Source: Heptranchias perlo (lineage: Eukaryota). Taken from it: 64,000 nt of DNA. Of the stretch, positions 26,101 to 38,100 are shown piece by piece; positions within the stretch are counted from its first letter, which is position 1; each line of letters starts with the position of its first letter. Position numbers and translations under genes: made by a program. The notes beneath the pieces were generated by a model. It was not told the origin of the DNA and searched no databases. It saw nothing but the letters and a program-made list of their open reading frames with translations. The stretch covers positions 7,998,001 to 8,062,000 of the forward strand of contig NC_090354.1 in the NCBI RefSeq assembly GCF_035084215.1, in the 5' to 3' direction.

Positions 26101-29100
26101 TGTTGTTCTTCGAATAGTTCCGTGGGATTTAACATTCACTTGAAGAAGCAGCTGAGCCCATGGTTTAACAGCTCAGCCGAGAGGCTACACCTCCAACAAT
26201 GCAGCGCTTCCACAGTACTGCACAGGAGTGACCTAGATTACGGGTTCAAAACTGGTGAGGGGCTCAAACCCAGAACCCTCTGACCCAGAGATGCGAGTGC
26301 AATCGACTGACACTCAAGCAGAGAACGATCATTAGGCTGATAATTGTAAATATTCAGTCTATACCGTGCGAAAAGGAATGTTCAAATATAACTTCACATT
26401 AAGCAGAAACTGGAGAGCTTTGCAGGAACAAACATGCCTCGTAAAGGGAAAGGCCCCCAGCGTCCCTCAGCCAGAGAGGGAAGGGACTGGGAAAGGAAAG
26501 AAAGAAGGCAGGATTCCTGTTCCTATTTGGTATCCAACGCTCCCTGCTGAAAATCACAAGTGTGAGCGTGGGTGCAGACAGGATCAGGTTCAGCCGCGAT
26601 GCCTTCCACAGTCAAGTAGCCTGCCACCACTCACAGCCTTGGCGTGCACACAAAAGGTGGCCATTTGGCTGAGGTACCGTCAGACTGTCAACACCTCTAG
26701 AGCTGTACCTCAGCACGAGTCAGCACCTTCAGGAGAGGAGGGGAGAAAATAGAGAGGAAATCAGCAGAGATTATAAATACCTGCTCTCCAATAAACTGGA
26801 AACCCTTGTCTTCTCTTATACATTCATACGTTTCACCAAGGACAGGGTTGAACGGCTTGCTCCTCGCTCTGTAATAAGCGGAAGCGTAGCCTGACACAGC
26901 GAAGGCAGCAATGTAAATCTGGAAGGAAATAGGAAAGCAGTAACTTTAAGTGACACAGAGCAGAGGGGAAGAGAGAGCCGGGACAGACATCCTTCAGTAT
27001 TACCACAGAACCCTGATCATTCTCATCTGTCCCACACCAAATTTCCAGCAGTCTTGATTATGTAATTAAAACTTATCTACAATATATCAAAAATCTTACA
27101 TCTGCACAACTTGATTTCCCAGTGTCACTTTTTAGATCAATATTTTCCCACTATAAACTTCTATGTCCACATTTATTATGGGTTTTGCTGATGTAAACTT
27201 GTCAACTTGTAATTACACAGTCTGGCCTTTGGGTGGCGTCAAGGTCTTCAGGACCCATCTCTGAAAATTTCAAATGTAAGGAATCGTACAACACCAGGTT
27301 ATAGTCCAACAATTTTATTTTAAAATGTTGGACTATAACCTGGTGTTGTAAGATTCCTTACATTTGTCCACCCCAGTCCATCACCGGCATCTCCACATCA
27401 TGAAAATTTCAAAGCTCACGTTGTTTTCACTTCAGGTAAGTTTAGGTTGTATGTTTTAGCTTTTCCACGCTTTTATTTTTTTGCAGTGCGGTCTAATTTT
27501 AAATTTAATCTTTTTATTTCCTTTATAGAGTTTTTTCAGCCTTCTGTTTGCCCTCTCCCCATGAAAGTAACATTTTAAATTGGCTTTCTTCCTCAAGATG
27601 CTGGCCTTTGACTCTGTGTCCTCTCCTACAGCCTCCACCTGTACTCAATGTACAATCTGCTTCCCATTGCAAATTTCTTAATTTTTTCAATGAAATAATA
27701 TTTCTTAATTTTGATGTTTCGCCCCCCACCCTGCCATCCCAATGGCTGGGGTGCCAACTTTTTCCATTATAAATTCCACATGTCCACATTTATAATGGAA
27801 CAGCCGATGTAAACTTGTCAGACTGTAAATACACCCACTCCCCAGTGGAGGCGCCACCATTGGGAGGAGTGTATAATTACAGCGTGAGAAATTTCAACAG
27901 GCAGTTTCCATTATAAATGTGGACACAGGAATTTACAATGGAAATATAAAAATAGGGACAGATGTATAAGGGCTAAATTACATCTGCATGTCCTGGTCCA
28001 ATTATCCACCGCCCTCTAACCCCACTTCACCTGAAGACTACATCTGGTCTTGACTTCCCATGTACGAGGCTACGATAAATCAGCTAGTTCCAAAGCCTAG
28101 TCTTAAAGCTTTCAATCTTTTTGTTGGGGTCCTCTAGAAATATGTTGCATTCATGTCCGTGATGAGGGGAAAGAGGGAGTTTCTCTCATTTGAGGAGGAG
28201 CCAGTACCCACCCAGCTGCTTGGTACCACCGAGCAGATTAATTAGCTTACCATGCGCTCAAAGGGATCGACAGTCCTGCTTGCCGTGTCCAGCAGTTCAC
28301 TGAATTCCAGCTCCTCACAGAGTCGCTGCAGCGTGTTCAACGGCTCATTCAGCTGGACTGGCATGGAGACCTTGGACAGGTCTTTTCCGATGTTGTTCTT
28401 CAGGATGTTCCACAGGCTGACGTTGCTCAGATTTGGGCCTGGAGCCGGGAGAGATGCCCTTCGTTGAATCCAATCAATGGAACTGCAGCTCGGAGGGTTT
28501 TCTGTTTCAGAAAAGATTTTTATTTTTAAAAATAGAGCTTTAATCCAATTTCTCACGTCTTGGTTTTCGAACTCAGAAACCAATAACGCAGACAAACAAA
28601 GCAGAAGCTCTTGCTGGTTTAAGGGATTCCCCGAACTGAAATCCCTCCATGGCCTCACCCCTCTCTAACCTCCTCCAGCCCTACAGCCCTCCGAGATCTC
28701 TGCGCTCCTCCAATTCCAGCCACTTGCGCATCCCCGATTTTGTTCGCTTCACCATTGGCGGCCGTGTCTTCAGCTGCCTAGGTCCTAAGTTCTGGCATTC
28801 CCCACCTAAACCTCTCCGCCTCTCTCTCCTCCTTTAAGACACTCCTTAAAACCTACCTCTTTGAACAAGCTTTTGGTTACTAGTCCTAATGTCTTCTTAT
28901 TTGGCTCGGTGTCAAATTTTATTTGATAATCACTCCTGTGAAGTGCCTTAGGACGTTTTACTACGTTAAAAGGCGCTATAAAATGCAAGTTTTTGTTGTT
29001 GCTGAAAACTCTGGTGAGTTTTTAGCTGCAGTTTTCTCAGACCCGCAGAACAAATATAACGAACCAGGCTCAGGTGCAATGGCTTTTCACTTGACTAAAG

Positions 29101-32100
29101 ATCACTGGTTGTTTATCCAGTTTATAACTGCTGAAAATCTACATGTCTGAAAGCGGTGGCAGAACTCGAGAGTCATAGGCAACCTTCCAACTCGCATTCA
29201 ATCTGTGGATGGCACCCCCATTCCCAAGAAATCATCGTCACAAAAATACATGGAGCGTTGTCCATGATAAGTCGGAGGGATGTGGTTGGGAGCATGGAAT
29301 ACTCTGCCACAGGGAGTGGTTGAGGCAGAGACCACTGCTTCTTTTAAGTGAAAACTGGATAAATATTTGAAGCAGAGGAAATTGCAAGGTTATGGGGAAA
29401 GCACGGGGCAAGGGGATTAATTTTGGATTCCTCTAGCAAACAGCAGGCATAGGCATGATGGGTCGAATGGCCTCCTCCTGTGCTTCGAATGGCAAGAACA
29501 TCACACCACGTAATGTGCTTAGTTATTCTGCTGCCAAGATGCAGCTGTGTATAACTGCCTCTGAGGCCACAAAGTCTAATTGCTTTCAATAAGCACACCT
29601 CAAGGTCACTTTGATGCCAATTGCTCTTAGGACATCTGGAGATCTGAAAGCATTTCTGTTGCTGGGGGGGGAAGTTTGTCTGTAGATTGGAAATGACAGA
29701 GTTACTTTTTTTTAAACATAAATAAAAAGTGACAGGCACATTTCAAAACTAGAGGGTAAATTATATGAATTAGCGTTCCCGGCACAGACTTACATGTGAT
29801 GGAATTGCAGATCAGCTAACTCAGCAATTAAAAACATTTTTAAAATCAGACAAAATAAAAGTTGAGAGAGAAAAAAGCCCCTTACTGGCAAATATAACCA
29901 TCAGATTACATTTATATAGCACCTTTAACAATCACAGAAGCTTAATCAGACAAAAATATACACTGAGCCAAAGAAAGAGATACTAGGACAGGTGATCAAA
30001 AGTTTGGTCAAAGAGGTAGGTTTTAAGCAGAGTCTTAAAGGAGGAGGGAGCAGTAGAGACGTGGAGAGGTTTAGTGAGGGATTTACTGAGCTTAGGTTCT
30101 AGATGGCTGAAGGCATAACCACCAATGGTGGGGCAAAAGGAACAGGGGATGCACAAGAGGGCAAAGTTGGAGGAATGCAGAGTTCTTGGAGGGTTGTAGA
30201 GCTGGCGAACAGTCTGAGTCAGTGGTCAAGGAGGGGGAAAAAGGATTGGTGGCGAGGGAACAGAGTTAGTGGCAGGGGGCCAAAGTCTGAGAAGGGTCGA
30301 GAGAGGTGGTAGTGGGGCAGAGGCGGTGTCATCAGCGTATAGATTGAAACCCTATTTGCTATTAAGGGAATTAAAAGTTTCTTTTCATCCAGAAATAGAA
30401 CATTTGCGACTACTGAAGGGAAATGAAGTTTTAATTTGCACAAAATGTAAGCTCAGTAGCCCCTAACAAATTCCACTACCATGGAATGATGTGATATGGG
30501 TTCAAACCCATGGTGGCTCACAAGAGAATTCTCAATCTCAACTCTACCACTAGGGGGAGATGCTGAACAGAGCACAGATACTTCCCATAAGGACAAAGCT
30601 CGGAGTAACAAAAGGCCGTTTGGTCATCAAACCTACTCCAAGCGGAGATCACATATGATTACTCTGTCGTGGATTTCCCTCCTCTACCACTGCACCCCCC
30701 CACCCCATCCCCCAACCACCATGGGGGGAGAAGAGCAAGCGAGAACTAATAAAAAGGAAGAGGCTGTTCTCATGCATTTCTTGTCAGGCTTTGCATACGG
30801 AGCTTCATTCTTGTAGTTTATCCATGCATTTTGTGCTCTGATGGGGAGGGAAGTCATTCCCAGGAAATGGAATACTTTTCCATATTTTTTCCACCCGGTT
30901 TCAACATCAAACTCTCAGGTTAGCTCCTGTACTTCACCTTCCACTTTTATATTTAAAAAAAAGTTTAGTCAGATTGCAATAGGTTGTATGTTCATCAAGG
31001 TGAGGGATGTTGGTGTTGGAGAATGGAACACCTTCCCAGTCCTGGATTTCCCTACAGGGTCAGGGTGGGACTTGCACCCGCTACACTGATCCCAGCCCTT
31101 ATTCCTGGGTCGGGAGACATTAAGCATTTGTGGTAGACTTCTGGCAGGATCCCAACAAGCAAGCGGTCACAAGCAAAAAAAAAAAAAAAAAAAAATCGAG
31201 GTGTTGCTGCAGGACCAAAAGAGGCGGAAGCCACATTAAAAGGGGCAGAAAAGCCAATGATTTCAACAAATCTCCCACTGAAGGCCTCAGCAGAGACAAG
31301 AGGACCTAGAAGGAATGAAGCCTCTTACTGCTTGCCCAGCTAGGAGCAGCCTCACCGTTACAGTGCTGGCCTGCAGGGTTATATGAAGCTGGGCGGGACA
31401 AATCCGAATGCCCGAATGACAGGTCTACCCCTCCAGTGAGCCACAATGGCTGGTCAATGATCCAACAGCACCCTGCAGGCTTGCCTGCCTCAGGTCAGAT
31501 AACTGAGCTTACCACAGGGGAGAGTGTGCCAAAGACGGTGAACTCAATTCCAAGCTCCCACTGTCATGTGCGCCACCTTGAAGTGAATGCAACCCCAAGG
31601 AGATTCCCCTTACTCCCCTCCCCAGAGGATAGTTTGCCTCCCATTAAGGTGCCTTAACCCCAACCAGGAGTCTTTCTACTTCCCGACACCAGTGATATTT
31701 CTGGCTTCCTGAGCGAGATGACCAGTGTTAGTGCTAAATCGCAACCAGTTTTATGCTGTGAACCCTTCCCAATTAGAAACCGTGCTGAGACTATCCCAAC
31801 TCATTTTATGCAAGACCTTCAACAGCCAGCAAGAATTCAACATATGAATACTGCTCCCATATGTGGGGAGGCTCCAACATCTCATACTCTTGGACAAGGT
31901 ACAAGAAATAACATCTCTTAAGCAGTCCTTCTCCCAGCCTCCAAACTTTCTCTTTTTTTTTGTCTCTCAAAGACTCACTGCCTGGAAGGGTGGAAGACGC
32001 AGAAAGTGCATGGATGTGCATTTGAAGTGCCGTAACCTACGAGGCTACGGACCAAGAGCTGGAAAGTGGGATTAGGCTGGTTGGCTCTTTTTCAGCCGAC

Positions 32101-35100
32101 ACGGACATGATGGGCCAAATGGCCTCCTTCTGTGCCGTAAATTTCTCTGATTCTATGACTGATTCCATGCTCTTGTGCTTCCAGTGGGGAGCAGCACTCA
32201 TTGGGAGCCCTCGATTTACCCTCCATTAAGGTTAATTGTGAGAGCACAGAATTGGTCCGTCTACTTTATCAATATTACTACAGTCAATGCACCTGTGGAC
32301 TTTCCTTTCTTGTTCCTCTGAATCTCCATACACGCTGTCCTATGCACATTTCTTCCCTGCATCCTCATTCTGTTGAAATCAAATCTCACTGTGCCATCTC
32401 CTTCTCTAACACATTCTTTCTCAGGACCGTAAGGCTGCGGAACTCCTCGCCTCCCCCAGTCGTCCCTTCCTCCTTCAATCTTCAGGTATTTCGGAACCAA
32501 GCTTGGCCTTACTTATCTCGTCTTCTCTTTCACTCTTTCCAGTGCCCTTCACTATGTCTTGGTTCTTCACTTTTGCTTTCTCAGTTTTAAAATAAGCATC
32601 TTGCAGAAGTGAAAGTAACTTCTGCACCACCCAGTCCCCTGAGATCGTGGTTTACATTGTCATCTAAAAACCCCCAGTGTTAAGTCCTGTAAACTCTCAC
32701 AATCGTCTGACGTTCTGCATTATTCTCCTTTAGAGCAGAGAAGGCTAAGGGGCGGTTTAATAAGAGGTGCTTAAAATTATGAGGGGTTTTGATTGTGGAA
32801 ACACTTCCTCCCCATCTACTCTCAAGGGGGGGGGGGGGGGGTTCAGTTACCAGAGGACACAGGTAACTGGCAAAAAATCCAGGGGGGAAATTAGGAGACT
32901 TTTTTTTTTAAAACGCAGCGAGTTGTTATGATCTGGAATGCAGTACCTGAAAGGATGGTGGAAGCAGATTCAATAGTAACTTTCAAAAGAGAATTAGATA
33001 TATACTTGAAAAGGAAACACTTGCAGGGCTATGGGCAAAGAGGTGGGGTGTGGGAATAATTGGATAGCTCTTTCGAAGAGCCGGCGCAGGCAAGAAGGAC
33101 CGAATGGCCTCCTCCTGTGCTGTATCATTCTATGATGTGCTGCCATGTAGTTATGTGACAATTCTTGTGCTGTGGCTCTTCGGTGTAAACTGGATTGTGC
33201 AGATCAACAACTTCTACATGAACGGTTGTAATTGGTTGTGTGGTTACCCCACACACCATAGTACCACTAGCCAAACGCCAGATAAGTTTTCAGATAGTAA
33301 AATTAATTAATACGGCTTCACACATCTTGAAACACTATTTCAACAACTTATTATTGTACAGCGCCTTTAATGCAACAGAGTATCCTTAGGTACTCTGCAT
33401 TTTGTCCAGACTCAAAGTAGACAGGAGTAGGAGGGAGTTACGGAAGACGGCCAAAGGTACTGTTGAAGAGGTAGGTCTTAAGGAGGCAAATGAAGTTGGT
33501 GAGAGATCTAGCAAGGCAGAGACCTTTAGGGAGCGAGTTTCGGAGAGTGGAGGGGCAAGTTGGCTGAAGACCTGACCACCGATGGTAAAGCCAAGGCTGG
33601 GGGAGTAGGAGGGAATGCACAGCAAACCAGGGTTGGAAGGACAGAGCATGCAGGCAGAGGTGCAGGGCTGGAGGTGGTTGCACATGTCAGCAGGAACGGG
33701 CTGTGGAGGAATCTGAATAGAAGGATTTTGAAAGTCGATGGCCGGGGGTGGGGGTACAATGGAAGTCAAAGATAGGTGAGCAGGATTTTGGGCAGGAAAT
33801 GGGAGAGAAAAGAGAGAACACAAAAGGGTGGAAAAAAAGATTCTGTTCTCACATATCTGGGCGGGAGTTTTAAATGAGTTAGAGTGTAAGTAGGATAGGA
33901 CTCGAGAGGAGGGAATAGAAAAGTCAAGTCTGGAGGTGACAAAGACGTGAATGAGCATTTTGGAGAGAATGGGGGCGCGGTAAGGACTGAGACTGAAAGT
34001 TTTGGAGGGGGAAGTAGGCAGACTTGGTAAAGGTCGAGCTTCAGTCGGCATCCGAGGAGAGAGATGAGCGGGGGGGACCAGGGCATGGCATTTCTAGCAG
34101 CAGTTGAACATCATATGCTGCACTAGAAGATCTCAGGATATTATTGCTACAATGATCTGTAGCTATTTTGTACACATTCAGAAAGTGCAAGTTACAGATG
34201 GTTCCTCATATTACTGATGTAGCACGAACGAACCCGTCAGTTCCTGCATGGCTGCGTCCACGGTGTCTAGATTCTCCTCAGAGTTGCTGTTGGTGATTTC
34301 GCTGGTGGTTGAGTCATCGTCGTCTGACATCTGTGAGAAAGAAAAGTGCTTTTAGATTTAATGCAAGTTTAAAAGTGAATGCCAATGGCCACATTGAGGT
34401 ATTGAGTTTGCTGATTGAGTTCTAACCATGGAAACAGCCAGAAATGTTCCAACGACACACATTCAATGAACATACACACTGCCTCAGTACAGACAGTATG
34501 ACAGTGCTTCCTCTTCTTTGCTATTTAAGGTCTAAAAGGCTATGACTGCAACTATTAAGTTTAATAAAAGTACCACATAACAGACTTAGTTGGAAAACAG
34601 AAGCACATGGTATTAAAGTGACGGTGGTAACTAGGGTATGTAATTGGCTAAGAGATAGGAGGCAGAGAGTCGTGGTGAAGGGATGTTTTTCTGACCGGAG
34701 AGAAGTATGCAATGGGGTCCCCCAGGGGTCGGTATTAGGACCATTTGCTTTTCTTATGTATACATGACCTGGACTCGGGTATAGGGAATACAATTTCAAA
34801 GTTTGCAGGTGATACAAAACTTGGCAATGTGGTAAATAGTGAGGAGGATAGTAGCAGACTTCAGGAGGACACAGACAGACTGGTGAAATGGGCAGACACA
34901 TGGCAGATGCAATTTAATGTGGATAAGTGTGGAGTGATGCACTTTGGGAGGAACAACATGGAGAGGCAGTATAATCTGAAGGGTCCTATTTTGAGGGGGG
35001 TGCATGAGCAGAGGGATCTGGGGCTGCATATTCACAAATCTCTGAAGGTGGCAGGGCAAGTTGATAAGCCCAGTTAAGAAAGGGCATGGGATAATTGGCT

Positions 35101-38100
35101 TTGTAAATAGGTGCAGTGAATACAAAAACAAGGAAGTCATGCTGAACCTTTACAAATCACTGGTTAGGCCTCAGCTGGAGTAGTGTTTACAATTCCAGGC
35201 ACCACACTTTAGGAAGGATGTCAAGGCCTTGGAGAGGGTACAGAGGAGGTTTACCAGGATGATACCAGGGATGAGGGACTTCAGTTATGTGGAGAGATTG
35301 GAGAAGCTGGGATTGTTTTCCTTAGATCATCCTATTCATCATTCCAGCATCCTTCACTATCTCTCTATGCCCATCTACCCCATTGGGACTCCAACAGGCA
35401 ATAGAATACGGCAAGAACATACACGGAGAGCACAGCACTCATCGATCTCTGGTTCCTGCTTCTGCATCACTCTCCTGGGTCTGACCCACAATATAAAAAC
35501 AGCTCCTGCAATTTAAAGATCTGATATTTCTATCTATTTCCAAAGTCTACTTTACTATACTCAGAATTGTAAAGAAATCATTCTGCTGACGTTATATCAT
35601 TAACCAGGCTTCAAATGTTGAAATTACTTTAGTTGTCAAAGTATCTTTTGAACAAAAAATGCAACCGTATTCCATTTTGAAGACAGAGCCCAAGAAAACC
35701 TGGAAATTAGGGTTCAAACTCCAGCACCAAGAATCTTATCTCCAAGTGCATCGCTCCGAGGAAAAACTGCAAACTGAGAGAGAGAGAATGGCTCCGCACA
35801 TGATTTGAAAGATGGAGAAGAAATGCACGGCCCAGTGGGGAAACCTCCCTTTCACTGAATTTCTCCAACAATTTTCAACCCATCCTCCCTGAAGGTCTTG
35901 AGGCCTTAAAGGTTTCCTCGGTTGATTTATCATGGATGAGCTTTAACAAGTATTGGCAGGTTATTCAACCACAAGGGTGCCTCGGAGCCAAGCCTGATCC
36001 TGTGCTCACCAAAAATCCCATACGTGCAAACTTTCCACCAGGCATCACCAAGAGAGCAATTAGTAGCGAGGATCCTGACCATTATCCCTTCCCTAACCCA
36101 AGGATGTTGCAACGACGGTGGTGCGCTGAACACCTCCCACCTCCGTTCAGTCTGCAAGCGTGACCCTGAGCTTCCAGTCGCATGCTACTTTAATTCCCCA
36201 TCCCACTCCCACTCCCACCTCTCTGTCCTCGCCCTCCTACACTGTTCCAATGAAGCTCAAAGTCAAGCTTGAGGAATAGCACATCATCTTTCGATTAAGT
36301 ACTTTACAGCCTTCTGGCTTCAACATTGAGTTCAACAACTTTAGATCATAACCACCACAGCCATTTTCTCGGACAGCAGGTGTTGGTTATGGTTCTGCTG
36401 TAACCATTTACACCTCCTCTGGACCAGTCTTTTGTTTTTTTTAAACTTGTTCCATTACCACCCCTTTCTGCCTTGCACAAACATCCCTTTTGTCATTTAA
36501 ATCACTCCTGCCCTCCATTCTATCACAGACCTTTCCCTTTGTTTTTTCCTTCTGTCCCCCACCCCCTTTTCCCTGGCTCTGCATTTATTTCATAAATGCT
36601 AAATCTCTAACTTCTTCCAGTTCTGACGAAAGGTCATCGACCTGAAACGTTAACTCGGTTTCTCTTTCCACAGATGCTGCCTGACCTGCCGAGTGTTTCC
36701 CGGAACTCTTCTGTTTTTACTGTGCTCATCACTGCTTTTGGCTGACATCAGCACAGACCATGGATTAAATACAAGGCCTTCTTTGTCTGTGGGGCCCAGC
36801 TACTCACCAAGCCACCTGTGGAGAAAACGGCCGTGCGACCCAAGAACGGGACTGAAATCTTTTGATTCCTCACATTCCTGGAGACTACGCAAACAAGTCA
36901 CCAACTTGTTTACCTCATTGTCAGAAGAACACGCGGACAGCAACACATCTTCAGCATCGAAGAACTCGACATGGGACTCGGACAGTGACACGTTGCTCTC
37001 CAAGGACAGCTGATGAGTCAGTGACCGGTTACGAGTCATCTGGAGATAAGGTTTGAAATCGAAAACATCAGCTTCATTCTTTACTATTACTGCATTTTTT
37101 TTTAAAAACAAACAATTCCCCTTTTGGATCATTTTCTTCCCCTTCAATAATTTACTTCAAGCAGACCTTCCAAAACTAATTGTAAACAATTTTACAACAC
37201 CAAGTTATAGTCCAGCAATTTTATTTTAAATTCAAATAAAATTGCTGGACTATAACTTGGTGTTGTAAAATTGTTTACAATTGTCAACCCCAGTCCATCA
37301 CCGGCATCTCCACATCATTCCAAAACTAAGCCATAGATATGTTTAACAATCACACCAGTTCTGCTGCACAAAATAAGCAACTCAAATATTTCTTTTTGCT
37401 TGAATAACGTATTCTGATTAAACTTTGCTCATTCAAATTCTATTCAAGCATATGGCACAGAAGGAGCCCATTCGGCCCATCGAGCCTGCACCGGCTTTTT
37501 GAAAGAGCTATCCAATTAGTCCCCTTCCCTGCTCTTTCCCCACAACCCTGCAGTTTTTTTCCTTTTCAAGTATACATTTAATTCCCTTTTGAAAGTTACT
37601 ACTGAATCTGCTTCCTCCGCCCTTTCAGGCAGTGCATTTCAGATCATAACAACTCACTGCTTAAAAAAAAATTCTCCTCATCTCCCCTCTGGTTCTTTTG
37701 CCAATTATCTTAAATCTGTGTCCTCTGGTTACCGACTCAGTTTCCCCCGATCTATTCTATCAAAATCTTTCAGAATTTAACACCTCTATTAAATCTCCCC
37801 TTAAAGGCGATTTTAAACAAACAACGTCAACTTAAATCAGAAGAGTAAGAAATTTACGCGAAAACTGCTTGAGTCAGCATCCAGCAAGAACTTTACTACA
37901 GTAGCCGTTTCTGTCATCAAAGCTTGGTTTGCTGGAGGGAAACGAATATAAAAGGCCTGCCTGAGCATATAGGGGAGTGAGTTTTTAAACACTACTGGCC
38001 TGAACGGACACTCCCCCCACCCAACAACATGGGAGCTCGGTGGCCAAAAAATGTACAAGATGGAGAAGCTCTGAAGTTGTGATTGTGACTCGAACATTTG

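Noticed and set aside
33386-34051. Longest ORF in the track (221 aa)
   Set aside because: Decayed L2 ORF2 sequence with motifs scattered over several frames; not a host gene.
27271-37282. Apparent compensatory covariation between the two hairpins as proof of a conserved ncRNA or miRNA
   Set aside because: More simply explained by each inverted arm being copied from the same retroelement template at insertion; both have target-site-like direct repeats.
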